DNA from: an uncultured Gammaproteobacteria bacterium
Lineage (GTDB): Bacteria; Pseudomonadota; Gammaproteobacteria; Steroidobacterales; Rariloculaceae
Assembly: GCA_963744305.1 (NCBI GenBank)
Contig: CAVUTF010000016.1
Coordinates: forward strand, 77,373 to 141,372
Reading direction: 5' to 3'
DNA: 64,000 nucleotides
Notes under the pieces: generated by a model
Database searches by the model: none
What the model saw: the letters and a program-made list of their open reading frames with translations, nothing else
What the model was told of the DNA's origin: nothing
Program-made: the position numbers and the translations under genes
In this document: piece by piece, positions 9,777 through 20,886 of the stretch
Numbering within the stretch: position 1 is the first letter of the stretch
Layout of the letters: each line of letters opens with the position of its first letter

Positions 9777-11425
9777 GCGCCGCGTCCGCATCGTTGCGCG
9801 TGTCGGCCGCGCTGCTGCTCGCGGCGCTGGCCGCCGTCGCTGCGGCGCAAGCGCCGCTCGCGCCGCGCGCCGAGGACGTGCCGTGCTCGCCGCTCGCCGA
9901 AGCCGCGCAGCGCGGCGACGCGCAGGCCGTGCGCGCGCTTGCTCGACGGCCGGCGACGTCGACGTCAACGCGCCGAGCCGCGACGGCACGCCGGCGCTGC
10001 ACTGGGCCGTGCGCGTCGGGGATCGCGAGACCGCGCGAGCTGCTCGATCGCGGCCGGCGCCGACGTGAACGCGCCGAATCGCTACGGCGTCGCGCCGCTG
10101 CACTTGGCGATCGAGGCCGGCGACGCGGCGCTGACGCGCTGGCTGCTCGACGCCGGCGCCGATGCCGCGGCGCGCGATCGCGCCGGCGAGCCGCCGCTGA
10201 TGCTCGCGGCGCGCGTCGGCGAGCCCGCGCTCGCGCAGGCGCTGCTCGAGCACGGCGCCGCCGTCGACGCGCGCGACGAGCACTTCGGCCAGACGGCGCT
10301 GATGATCGCGGCGCGCGAGGGCCATCTCGAGATCGGCGACGCTGCTGCATCGATGCCGGCGCCGACGTCGACGCGCAGACCAAGCGCCGAAGCAGCCGCC
10401 GCGCTTCATCCCGCCGAGCGAGTCGCCGGAGGGCCTGTCGCGCGGCGCCGGCATCATCCGCGCGGGCTGGCCCGACGGCCGCGGCAAGCGCTTTCCCGCC
10501 GGCGGCTCGAAGACGCCGCTCCTGTACGCGACGCGCGAAGGCCATCTCGACGTCGCGCGGCTGCTGATCGAGCAACGGCGCGAGCCTCGAGCTCGCCGAC
10601 GGCAACGGCGTCACGCCGCTGCTCAATGCGATCGTCAACGCGAGCATCTTTCGCGTGAACCGCACGGGCACGAGCGATCATCTGAAGATCGCGCAGCTGC
10701 TTGCTCGACGCCGGTGCGAACGTCGAACGCCGATGGACTGGTACGGCGAGACGCCGCTCTGGGCGGCCGTCGACGTGCGCAACCTCGAGCTCGGCCGCGA
10801 CGGCAACGACCGCGGCGTGCGCGACGAGGCGTTCGCGCTGATCGAGCGGTTGCTCGAAGACGGGCGCCGATCCGAACGCGCGCACGCGCGAGTTTCCGCA
10901 CGAGCGGCGCTTCATCCTCGTCGTCGTCGGCTCGGTGTCGTGGGTCGACCTCACGGGCCAGACGCCGTTCTTGCGCGCGGCCGCTGCCGGCGACGTCGAA
11001 GTCATGCGCCTGCTGCTCGAGCACGGCGCCGATCCGAACATCGCGACCTACGCCGGCACGACGCCGCTGATGGTCGCGGCCGGCGTGAACTGGGCCGTCG
11101 CCGAGACGTTCGACTTAGGCACCGAAGCGCTGCTCGAGGCCGTCAAGCTCGCGCACTCGCTTGGCAACGACGTGAACGCCGTGAACTCGATGGGCGTCGC
11201 GGCGATTCACGGCGCGGCGAATCGCGGCGCGAACGACGTCATCGAGTATCTCGCCGCGAACGGCGCGCGGCTCGACGTCGCCGACACGCAGGGCCGCACG
11301 CCGCTCGACTGGGCCGAGGGCGTGTTTCTCGCGACGCATCCGCCCGTCCGCAAGCCCGAGACGATCGCTTTGCTCGAACGCTTACTGAAAGAACGCGCGG
11401 CCGTAACGCGAGCGACGCCCGATGA
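9773..11425 (+). CDS. Exported ankyrin-repeat protein (frameshifted)
   Basis: Repeated GxTPLxxAA motifs (GVAPLHLA, GQTALMIAA, GQTPFLRAA, GTTPLMVAA, GRTPLDWA). Confidence 0.85.
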
Positions 11426-12422
11426 ACGCCCAAATGACCGACAAGATCGTATCGCCGACACGCCGTGCCGTGCTTCGCGCAACGTGCTTCGCTGCTCGGC
11501 TCGTCGCCGGCGCCGTCGCTCAGCAAGGCGCTCGTCGGCGCGCGCACGAACAAGCCGCGCCGGCGCCGTTGCCGCCGTTTCCGGGGTTCACGGCGCACGA
11601 CATCCCGACGAGCGGCGGCGTCACGATCCACGCCGTCAAGGGCGGCAGCGGCCCGCCGCTGCTGCTGCTGCACGGCGCGCCGCATGACGCATTACACGTG
11701 GCGCGACGTCGCGCCGCGGCTCGCCGAGGAATACACGGTCGTCGCCGCGGATCTGCGCGGCTACGGCGACAGCAGCCAGCCGCAGGGCTTGCCCGATCAC
11801 TCGAACTACTCGAAGCGCGCGATGGCGCTAGATCAAATCGACGTCATGCGCCACTTCGGCTTCGAGCGCTTCGCGCGTCGTCGGCCAGGACCGCGGCGGC
11901 CGCGTCGCGCACCGCATGGCGCTCGATCATCCCGACGCCGTCACGAAAGCCGTGCTTCATCGACATCGTGCCGACGTATTACCTCTACACGCACGTGACG
12001 CTCGAGTTCGTGCAGTCGTACTCTCACTGGTTCAACTATCTGCAGCCGTCGCCGATGCCGGAGAACATGCTGCTCGCGCAGCGCGACGCTGCAAGCCGGC
12101 CGGCAACGTCGCCGGCGCAGCTCGAGTACCGGCGCAGGAACGGCACGCCCGAGGGCGTGCACGCGATGTGCGAGGACTACCGCGCCGGCGCGTCGATCGA
12201 CCTGCAGCACGACGCAGCCGATCTCGACAGCCGCATCCGCTGCCCGCTGCACGTGCTCTGGGCCGCCGACGGCGCGATGGACCGGCTCTACGACGTGCTC
12301 GCGATCTGGCGCGAGCGCGGCCGCGAACGTCAGCGGCAAGGGCATGCCGGGCGGGCACAACATGCAGGAAGGCGCGCCCGAACGAGGTGCTCGCCGAGCT
12401 GCGTGCGTTTCTACATGCTTAG
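11422..12422 (+). CDS. Alpha/beta hydrolase, haloacetate (fluoroacetate) dehalogenase-like (frameshifted)
   Basis: [30 protein letters not shown] nucleophile elbow, [16 protein letters not shown]. Confidence 0.8.
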
Positions 12423-12438
12423 CGCCGGTGAATCCGAC

Positions 12439-12888
12439 ATGAGCCGCCCACTGCCGAAAATCGTGATCACGGGCGCGCTGCTCGTCGGTGCGCAGATCGC
12501 CTCCGGTCATCACTCGGTGAGCTCGAACTTCGACATGAGCAAGATGATCGAAGTGCGCGGCACGGTTGCGGCGGTGCACATTCGCAATCCCCATTCCCAA
12601 TTCGCCCTCGATGTCGCCGCGGCGGATGGCACGACCCAGCAATGGCTCATCGAGTGGTCCGACAGAAACTCGTTGATTCGCCGCAAGGTCGACATAGACC
12701 GCATCAAGGAAGGGGACGAATTGACGATCACGGCCTGGCCTAGCCGGCGTCTCGAGCACGTGGCGTATTTCGTCCGCGCGATTCTTCCGGACGGGTCGAC
12801 GTTTCGCGATTGCGGCTTCGGCGAGTTTCGCGAGGCCGTGGCGCAGTCGCGAGAGTTCAGTTGTCCGGACGCACAAGGCGGGCCATGA
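12439..12888 (+). CDS. DUF6152-family exported protein
   Basis: Signal peptide then HHS, IRNPHS, WLIE. Confidence 0.75.
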   Translation: MSRPLPKIVITGALLVGAQIASGHHSVSSNFDMSKMIEVRGTVAAVHIRNPHSQFALDVAAADGTTQQWLIEWSDRNSLIRRKVDIDRIKEGDELTITAWPSRRLEHVAYFVRAILPDGSTFRDCGFGEFREAVAQSREFSCPDAQGGP

Positions 12889-13583
12889 CGAGCATGGCGA
12901 GCTCCGTGGCTCGGATCACGGTCAGCCTAGGCGCCATCGTCGCGTTTTCGGCGGCGCCTTGCGTCGCCGCGGAGCGATCGGATCTCGATGGCGTCTGGCT
13001 TCTACTGAATACGACACCGCCCGACGACTTGCACCTTACCCCGGCCGCCGAAGCCGCTATGGCGAGCTACGATCCGTTGCGCGACGACAGCGATCTCAAG
13101 TGCGTGCCCGTCAGCTTCACGAACATCATGAACACGCCGTCGCCGCCGTTCGAGATTCGCCAGCGCGGCGATTACGTGGAGATCAACTACGAGTTCATGG
13201 ACGTGCGGCGGCGCGTGCCGCTCGATCCCAAGCTCACCGTCGACACGGCTCCACCGACCGTGCCCGAGCATCCGCACCTGGGCCGCTCGATCGGCCGTTA
13301 CGACGGCGCAACGCTCGTCGTGGACACTGCGGGACAACGCGCCGGCGCGCTCGATACGTTCACGGTCGTCGGCCTGCCGCAGTCCGATCGCATGCGCACG
13401 GAGGAGCGCTTCACGGCGAGCGGCGACGAGCTTGAAGCCGTGGTGACGCATGAGGATCCCGTCTATTACTCGGCGCCGCTGATCATGACGTACCGATTTC
13501 ACCGGCTCGATTCGCCGATTCTCGAATGGGGCTGCACGGTGGAAGCCGCGAACTACGATGAGCGGCTGCCCGAGCGGCCGTAG
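12885..13583 (+). CDS. Exported two-Cys partner-domain protein
   Basis: ATGA overlap with the upstream gene; DLDGVW, KCVP, GRSIGRYDGATLVV, EWGC. Confidence 0.7.
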   Translation: MTSMASSVARITVSLGAIVAFSAAPCVAAERSDLDGVWLLLNTTPPDDLHLTPAAEAAMASYDPLRDDSDLKCVPVSFTNIMNTPSPPFEIRQRGDYVEINYEFMDVRRRVPLDPKLTVDTAPPTVPEHPHLGRSIGRYDGATLVVDTAGQRAGALDTFTVVGLPQSDRMRTEERFTASGDELEAVVTHEDPVYYSAPLIMTYRFHRLDSPILEWGCTVEAANYDERLPERP

Positions 13584-13613
13584 CACACCCGCACGCGCCG
13601 TGAGGAGAATGTC

Positions 13614-15160
13614 GTGAGAACTACGATCCGGTGGGTGCTCCTCGCTGTTCTGCCCGCGACCGCGATGGGGCAGTCATCGTTCGACGTCGTGGAAACGACG
13701 GTTGCGCAGATCCATAGCGCCTACGCCTCCGGCTCGCTCACGGCGCGGCAGCTCGTCCAGCTCTATCTCGATCGCATCGAGGCCTACGATCAGAAAGGCC
13801 CCCGCATCAATTCGGTCATTACGCTCAACGCCGACGCGCTCGAGGAGGCGGACCGGCTCGATCGCGCGTACCGGACATCGGGTTTCGTCGGCCCGCTCAT
13901 GGGATTCCGGTCATGCTCAAGGACCAGATCGATGTCGCGGGGATGCCTACGACCTTGGGCTCGGTGCTGTTTCGGGATTACTACCCGGACCGGGACGCCT
14001 TCGTGACGACGAAGCTCAAAGAGGCCGGCGCGATAGTTCTTGCGAAAGTCACTCTCGGCGAGATGGCGGCCGGGGATACGCATGGCTCGCTGTTCGGCTC
14101 CACGCGCAATCCTTACGCGCTGGACCGGACCGTCGGCGGCTCGTCCGGCGGGCCGGCCGCGAGCGTTGCCGCGAACTTCGCGACATTTTCGGTAGGGCAG
14201 GAGGCCCTCGCGTCGATTCGCCGGCCGGCCGCCTGGAACTCGTTGTCGGCATGCGGCCCACGGCGGGGCTCGTGAGCCGGGGCGGTGTTTACGCGGGTTG
14301 GCCTCAGGTCGCGGGTTCTTTGGGTCCCATGGCCCGAACCGTCGAAGATCTCGTGGCGCTTCTGGACGTGTTGGTCGGCTACGACCCTGACGACCCGATC
14401 ACCGCGCACGGCGCGGCGCACATCGACGGCAGCTACAAGCGTTTCTTGGACGCGGATGGCTTGCGAGGCGCGCGGCTCGGAATCTTGCGTGAATCCATAG
14501 GCATCGGATCGGAGCCCGATTCGGAAGATTTCGCGAAGGTGGACGCCGTTTTCGCGCGGTCGATCGCCGAGCTGAAGTCCGCGGGAGCGGTCGTCGTCGA
14601 TCCGATCGTGATCCCAGATCTCAAAGAGCTGCTCGACAGGCGAGGGGGGCGCCCCGATGACAACGCGGAGGCTTTCGCGAATTACTTCGGCAGAAACCGC
14701 AATCCACCGTTTGCTTCGATCGAGGCAATGGTCGCGGCGCCGGAGTTCGAAAAGCTGACGAACTTCGCGAAGGCGCTGTTCTCCGGCGCCGGCGACACCT
14801 CACGGCATTACGCCTACCTCGTCGCGCGCGACGAGCTCATGCACCATTTTCTGAAAGTCATGGCGGATCATGACTTGGATGCCATCGTCCTGAAAACGAA
14901 CGAGCATCAACCGACGCTGATCGAAGACGGCACCAAGCCGCCGTTCGTGAACACGAAAGGCGCGTGGTTTCTCAATACGTTTCTCGTCTATGTGCCGGTG
15001 GTTGCAGTGCCGGCAGGATTCACCGTCGACGAACCTACCGGTCGGCATCACGTTCATGGGCAGGCCGTACGACGACGGCACGATGCTGAAGCTCGCCTAC
15101 GCCTACGAGCAGGCCACCCATCACCGCCGCTCGCCGAGCACTACACCCGCTCTCCACTAA
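13614..15160 (+). CDS. Amidase signature family protein (frameshifted)
   Basis: LKDQID, TRNPYALDRTVGGSSGG, SIRRPA, GPMARTV, KLAYAYEQAT. Confidence 0.88.
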
Positions 15161-15262
15161 GGTCATCGGTCGGCTCCGCCGCCCGGGGCGCACGTCGCCG
15201 CCGCGGCCCATCGTGAGCTAGGGCGTGCCAGCGCCGCTGCTCGCTATCTTGATGGCGCCGGT

Positions 15263-15988
15263 TTACCGCTGCGGCTTGCGCACCACGAAGAAGAACTGAT
15301 CGACGTCGCGTCCGAGGATCGGGTCTTCGACCGAGAGCTTGTGATCGTCCGCCGTCGTGCGCAGGATGTCGGACTCCGCGACGATCTCGAACCCCGCCGC
15401 CTGAATCCATGCTCTTCACATCGGATGGGAGCATGCGGTGCAATTGCGAGTTGTCGATCTCGCGCAGCCCGACGTGATCGATGATGGCAGCGCGGCCGCC
15501 GGGCTTCAGCACCGCGAAGATATCCTTGAGGTAGGGGCCGGCGCGTTCGGCGTTCATGTGATGCATGTTGAGCGCGGTCACTGCGGCGTCGACGCTGTTC
15601 GGTGCGATGTCGGCGACGTTGCCGAAGAACGCTTCGGTGTTGCCGAGCGAAGCCGCGAGATCCTTCTGGTCCTTGACCGTTCTCGCGCTGCAGCGCGCGC
15701 GGGCCGAACTGCGCGATCACCTTGCCGCTCGGGCCGGTCGCGGCCGACAGCACGCGCGTGAACCAGCCGCCGCCCGCGCCGACGTCGAGCAAGGTCATGC
15801 CCGCGTTGACGCCGAGCAGCTGCATGACTTGATAGGGCCGGCGCGCGCCGTCGCGCACTCTGTCTTCGAGCGGCCGCGACTCGGAGGTGAGCTTCTCCAT
15901 GAAATCGGGGGCGACCGCGCCGAAGAGCACTCGACACCAAACCGAAGGCACAAACGAACAGAGCAGCTTTTCTAGTCAATGAGCTCAC
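15263..15988 (-). CDS. Exported class I SAM-dependent methyltransferase-like protein (frameshifted)
   Basis: RDGARRPYQVM, LDVGAGGGWFT, LKPGG..IIDH. Confidence 0.75.
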
Positions 15989-16316
15989 GTGTCGACCCCC
16001 CATTCTCGATGGTTGAACTGAACTGCTCCGAGTATAGCGGAGCTGCTCTTGGCTTCTGCTGTTGCGCAGCGTCGGGCCCGGGCCGTGGAAGGCCAGGGCC
16101 CCAAAGAATCCCTTCAACGAGGGCCAACCTGAATAAATGTGAAGGAGTTTCTTAGCAGACGCTTCCGCGGAAACATTCCGCCGGTCAGCGGCGTATGCGT
16201 GAAGCATTTCTGAAGACACACTCCGATTTTTTAGTTGGCTTTCGGATGACCAGCTTTCTACGTGAGCGGATCCCACTGCGTTGTGCGGGTGACGGTCCGG
16301 GGACTATCTGTACTCG

Positions 16317-16572
16317 TTGTATGATGCGCTCGTTAGCATCAATGTCCCGAATGACAAAGCGCGGGCCGTGGTCGATGCGATGGAGCGAGATATGGGTACG
16401 ACGCTGGCGACCAAGGCGGATCTGCAGCTCCTGCGTCAGCAGTTCCAGCAGGACATGGAGTTGGTTCGCAAGGACATGGAGATCCTTGGCACGTCAATCA
16501 CCGTTCTGCCTCGGCTCGATCTTGGCGCTGGGTCTTGGTATGTTGTTCGCGGCGCTGAAGCTCACCGCCTGA
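16317..16572 (+). CDS. Small coiled-coil membrane-anchored protein (DUF1640/CCDC90-like; frameshift near 16505)
   Basis: LYDAL...A.AVV.A...LATKADL coiled coil followed by a C-terminal TM helix (LGSILALGLGMLFAAL). Confidence 0.6.
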
Positions 16573-16576
16573 GACG

Positions 16577-18937
16577 CTAGCTCCAGCTCAAGTCGTGCAT
16601 GCGGAACGGCAAATCCCGGAACCGCTTCCCCGTGATCTGAAATACCGCATCGCCGATCGCCGACTGCACGGATGTTCCGCGGTCGTGCCCCATCCCGACG
16701 AGCCAGTGCGCCGTCTCGAAGAAACGAATGTTGATCTGCGGCGGATCCTCGTTGATGCGCGAGAGCGGAAACGTGTGGAAATTGTTCTCGACGATGCGCC
16801 CGTCCATGACGTTGCACGCTTGGTGCATCGCATCGTTGTAGAACCAGGTGATCTGGCCTTCGATCTGTTTCTTGACGGACAGCGGGTTGACCAGACCGAA
16901 ACCCATCTCGTGCGCCACATCCACCCGCTCGAGCCGAACCACGCCTTCGCGGCTCACGGAGACCGTATGTACCATGGCGCTGATCGTCGCTGAGCCGCCG
17001 CCTTCCGCTCCTCTTTCTTCTAGAGCGATGGCGCGTGCTTTGCCCCGCGGCAGCGGCGTACCCCAGCCGGACATCTCGGCGGCCATGTCGAGCGCCTTGA
17101 TCATGTCGTCCTTGAACGGGAGATCGGTTCGGGCGATCAGCTCACGTCGATAGAGGTATGGGTCTCTGCCCGCCGCGTGGGCGAGCTCGTCGATGAAGCT
17201 TTCGCGATAGAACTCGTGCGCGGCTTGGCCGACGCCGCGCCGCGTGCCGACGGGGACGTGAAAATCCGTCGTGTGGTTCGAGAACCGATAGTTCGGAACG
17301 TGGTATCGCGACACGACGTCGAACGAGGCTTCCGGGCCGAACCCGTCCTTTTGCATGCCGGTGCGCACCTCGAGAGCGCTCGGCCAACCCTCGGCGTCCA
17401 ACGCCGCGCGCAAACGCGCCACTCCCATCGCGCGGTAAGTCGTACCGATGAAATCCTCTTCGCGGGTCCATAAGAGATGGATAGGCGTACCGCGGTGGGC
17501 GTTCGCCACCATGATCGCCTGTTCGGCCTGCGGCCCATTGCCGTTGCGGCCGAAGCCGCCACCGAGGTGGCACATATGAAGGTAGACGTTCTCTTCCGGG
17601 ATCCCGGTGATCTGCGAGGCGCTGAAGCGCGTTTCTTGCGGACTCTGATCGCCGTACCAGATGTCGACGCGCTCGTCGGTGACGAGCACGGTCGCGTTGC
17701 CGGGCTCCATGCGAGCGCGCGGCAGATACGGCGTCGAGTACGTGGCTTCGACGATCTTCGCGGCGCCGGCGAAGGCCGCATCGACGTCGCCTTGATCCAC
17801 GCGCACTCTGCCGGGCTCGTCCAGAGCGGCAAGGAGCGCCTCGCGCATGTTCGCCGTGTTGAACGCCGCATTCCGCGGCGGGATCTGCCACTCGATCGGC
17901 ATTTGCTCGAGAGCCGCTTTGGCTTGGTACCAGTGGTCGGCGATCACGGCGACGCCGCCGCTGAAGACACGGCCGCGCGTCAGCGCGGGATCCGGTATCG
18001 GGAACTGCACGGCCGAGCGTACGCCTGGACGGTTACGGATCGACTCGAAGTCGTAGCTCTTCACGTCGCCGCCGTAGACCGGGCAAGATTTCACGGCGGC
18101 CCACTTCATGCCCGGGAGCCGCACGTCGATGCCGTATACGGTTTCGCCCGTCACCTTCATCGGCACGTCGAGATTTTTCTGCTCGGTGCCCATCAACGTC
18201 CACTGGTCGGGCGGCTTGATCGTGATCGCCTTCGGATTCGGGTGCGGTGTTTGCGCAGCGAGATGCGCGATCTTGCCGTAGGTCGTGGAGCGGTTGCTTG
18301 ACGAATGCGTGATCACGCTGTTCTTCGCCGAGAGCTCCGCGACCGGCACGTTCCACAGCTTCGCCGCCGCCAATAGCAATCGCTCGCGCGCCTCGGCTCC
18401 CGCGAGTTGCAAGTAGTAGCGGCCGTCCTTCACCGAGGACGCGGCATTGGTCCGCATGCGCCGATAGAGACTGTCCGGAATGCCGATCACGCCCGTGCGG
18501 GCGCGATTGCCGAACGCCGGCTCACCGCCGCCGTTCGGATCCGTGCCGCCGTTGCCCATCACGTTGAGCGTCCACTCGGGAGCCATCTCGCGCGCATCGC
18601 GGTTCGAGGAGGCGTATTGCGGCCGTACCTTGCTCCAGTCGCATTGGAGCTCCTCGCACACCATCATCGCGTTCGAAGTCCACACGCCCTGGCCGATCTC
18701 GGTCTGCGCGATGCGAATGGTCACGGTGTCGTCGGGCGCGATGAGGATCCAGGCGTTGATCTCCGGCGTGGTGGGATCCTCGTACCAAACGGCGCCGGGC
18801 ACGTTCACCGCGTTTTCCGCTGCTTGCGCGGTCCGGGACGGCACCCAGAAGCCGAGCACGAAGGCCGCGTTGACCGCGCCGGCCGCAGCAAGGAACTCGC
18901 GCCGGTCCATGGCGGAAGGGCTCGCAAGCTTTGTCAT
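16577..18937 (-). CDS. Molybdopterin oxidoreductase large subunit (isoquinoline 1-oxidoreductase beta / aldehyde oxidase family)
   Basis: Tat signal DRREFL, EIGQG, MEPGNA, LGGGFGR, WTREED, ESFIDELA, GKRFRDLP. Confidence 0.9.
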   Translation of the reverse strand: MTKLASPSAMDRREFLAAAGAVNAAFVLGFWVPSRTAQAAENAVNVPGAVWYEDPTTPEINAWILIAPDDTVTIRIAQTEIGQGVWTSNAMMVCEELQCDWSKVRPQYASSNRDAREMAPEWTLNVMGNGGTDPNGGGEPAFGNRARTGVIGIPDSLYRRMRTNAASSVKDGRYYLQLAGAEARERLLLAAAKLWNVPVAELSAKNSVITHSSSNRSTTYGKIAHLAAQTPHPNPKAITIKPPDQWTLMGTEQKNLDVPMKVTGETVYGIDVRLPGMKWAAVKSCPVYGGDVKSYDFESIRNRPGVRSAVQFPIPDPALTRGRVFSGGVAVIADHWYQAKAALEQMPIEWQIPPRNAAFNTANMREALLAALDEPGRVRVDQGDVDAAFAGAAKIVEATYSTPYLPRARMEPGNATVLVTDERVDIWYGDQSPQETRFSASQITGIPEENVYLHMCHLGGGFGRNGNGPQAEQAIMVANAHRGTPIHLLWTREEDFIGTTYRAMGVARLRAALDAEGWPSALEVRTGMQKDGFGPEASFDVVSRYHVPNYRFSNHTTDFHVPVGTRRGVGQAAHEFYRESFIDELAHAAGRDPYLYRRELIARTDLPFKDDMIKALDMAAEMSGWGTPLPRGKARAIALEERGAEGGGSATISAMVHTVSVSREGVVRLERVDVAHEMGFGLVNPLSVKKQIEGQITWFYNDAMHQACNVMDGRIVENNFHTFPLSRINEDPPQINIRFFETAHWLVGMGHDRGTSVQSAIGDAVFQITGKRFRDLPFRMHDLSWS

Positions 18938-18950
18938 CGCCGCATCCTCC

Positions 18951-19409
18951 TTACGCCTTCATCAACTCAGCAGCGCGGTGAATGGCCTGGCGGACGCGGT
19001 GGTAGCTGCTGCAGCGGCAAGCGTTAGTCACCGCGGCATCGATATCGGCGTCGGTGGGATTCCGATTCTCTTGCAACAGCGCAAGTGCGCTCATGATCAT
19101 GCCGGACTGGCAGTAGCCGCACTGGGGCGCATCGAGCTCCTTCCACGCGAGCTGGATCGGGTGGCTGCCATCGGGAGAGACGCCTTCGATCGTGGTGATC
19201 GACTTTCCCACGGCCGCGGCGGCACCGAAAGTGCAGGAGCGAATCGGCTGCCCATCGACGTGCACGGTACAGGCGCCACACTGCGCGATACCGCAACTGA
19301 ACTTCGTGCCCGTCAGCCCCAAGTGATCGCGGAGTACCCAAAGCAGCGGCGTCTGCGGGTCCGCATCGACGGAATACGCCTTGCCGTTCACCGTCAGATC
19401 AAACGCCAT
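18951..19409 (-). CDS. (2Fe-2S)-binding small subunit (IorA/CoxS family)
   Basis: [20 protein letters not shown]. Confidence 0.93.
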   Translation of the reverse strand: MAFDLTVNGKAYSVDADPQTPLLWVLRDHLGLTGTKFSCGIAQCGACTVHVDGQPIRSCTFGAAAAVGKSITTIEGVSPDGSHPIQLAWKELDAPQCGYCQSGMIMSALALLQENRNPTDADIDAAVTNACRCSSYHRVRQAIHRAAELMKA

Positions 19410-19470
19410 GTTTCCCCCTTCGCCGCGAGCCCGACGCCCGCCACTCGACACTCCTCATCTTACCGCGTGG

Positions 19471-20787
19471 TCACTCGCCCTCGGTGCCGCCATCGCGTCG
19501 GAAGCGTTTTTTCAAGCTTTGCCAGTGCAAGTAGTAGTCGCGCTCGAGCAACTCGCTCTCCAGCGCGTACTTCGTCGGCCGGATGACGAGCTGAGTCTCG
19601 AGGACGATCGTCATGGTGTCGGCCAGGTACTGCGGCTGGTCTCCCACGGAAGTCCCGAGCGCGAAGGATTCGGCGTCGGGACCATGACCCGACATGCAGT
19701 TGTGCAGGCTCGCACAGCCGGGCTCGAACCCCTCGCCTTTGCCGATGTACTTGCCGTGCACCAGCCCGACGAACTCGCTGCAGACGTTGCGATGAAACGG
19801 CGGCGGACGAAAAGTGTTGCGCGCAACGTTCCAGCGGTCCCCAATCACACCGAACTCGATGTTCGACGTGCCCGCGATCGCTGAGGGAGCGGCGAGCACG
19901 CAGTAGATCGACGGATCGGGATGATCGTACGTAACCGTGTTGATGCAGTTGAAGCGTGTGAGATCGTATTTATACGGCGTGTAGGTGCCGTGCCATGCCA
20001 CGACGTCGAGCGGCGAATGATCGATCTCGGCCTCCCAGATTCCACCCATGAACTTCGCAACGAGCCTAAAGTCGCCCTCGCGCTCTTCGTACGCGGCCAC
20101 TGGTGCCAAGAAGTCGCGCGAGTTCGCCAAGCCGTTCGTGCCGATCGGGCCAAGCTCGGGCAAGCGGAAGTGCGGCCCGTAGTTCTCGCAGAGGTAGCCG
20201 CGCGCCGGGCCATCCGGAAGCTCGACACGGAACTTGATGCCGCGCGGAATCACGCACATCTCGCGAGGCCCCACGCTGAGCGTGCCGAGCTCGGTGCGCA
20301 CGAGCAGCGTGCCGAGCTGCGGGACGATCAGGAGCTCGCCATCTGCGTTGTAAAAGAAGCGATCCACCATCGACGTGTTCGCGGCGTACATGTGCATCGC
20401 CGCGCCGAGCTGCTGTCCCGGGTCGCCGTTGCCACCATAGGTGACGATGCCTTGCACGAAATCCGTGGGAGCCGCGGGAATCGGGAGCGGCCGCCAGCGA
20501 AGTTGATTCGGGGTCGCAGGAACCTCGGCGAACGGCGAGGTCCTGATCGTGCCCGCGGAGATTTGCCTGAAGGGTTTGTGCATTGCCGATGGTCGGATGC
20601 GATAGGTCCACGAACGCCGGCTCTGGCCGCGCGGCGCTGTGAACGCGGTACCGTTGATCTCTTCCGTGTAGAGGCCGAGCGCCGGCTTCTGCGGATTGCT
20701 TTGGCCGATCGGCAGCGCGCCGGCCAAGGCCTCGGTCGCAAACTCGTTGCCGAAGCCGATCTGATAGGCGAGAGCATCTGCGGTCAT
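19471..20787 (-). CDS. hmgA: Homogentisate 1,2-dioxygenase
   Basis: GFGNEFATEA, GTAFTAPR, LPELGPIG.NGLAN, PPPFHRNVCSEF, SLHNCMSGHGPD. Confidence 0.93.
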   Translation of the reverse strand: MTADALAYQIGFGNEFATEALAGALPIGQSNPQKPALGLYTEEINGTAFTAPRGQSRRSWTYRIRPSAMHKPFRQISAGTIRTSPFAEVPATPNQLRWRPLPIPAAPTDFVQGIVTYGGNGDPGQQLGAAMHMYAANTSMVDRFFYNADGELLIVPQLGTLLVRTELGTLSVGPREMCVIPRGIKFRVELPDGPARGYLCENYGPHFRLPELGPIGTNGLANSRDFLAPVAAYEEREGDFRLVAKFMGGIWEAEIDHSPLDVVAWHGTYTPYKYDLTRFNCINTVTYDHPDPSIYCVLAAPSAIAGTSNIEFGVIGDRWNVARNTFRPPPFHRNVCSEFVGLVHGKYIGKGEGFEPGCASLHNCMSGHGPDAESFALGTSVGDQPQYLADTMTIVLETQLVIRPTKYALESELLERDYYLHWQSLKKRFRRDGGTEGE

Positions 20788-20886
20788 GGCGCTCGAACCT
20801 AGCACGAGGGTTTGGTCGTCGCAAACGCGTCCCGCTGTTTGCGGCTTTTGCGTGCGATATAGTCTGCCGAAAACGGGGGATTCATC

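Noticed and set aside
6021-12422. Dense frameshifts suggesting programmed frameshifting or mass pseudogenisation
   Set aside because: Similar indels hit conserved genes such as recQ and are not tied to slippery sequences; long-read error is the simpler explanation.
11422-12888. Apparent hydrolase-DUF6152 fusion (488 aa)
   Set aside because: Product of indels; the hydrolase ends at 12422 and the DUF6152 gene starts with its own signal peptide at 12439.
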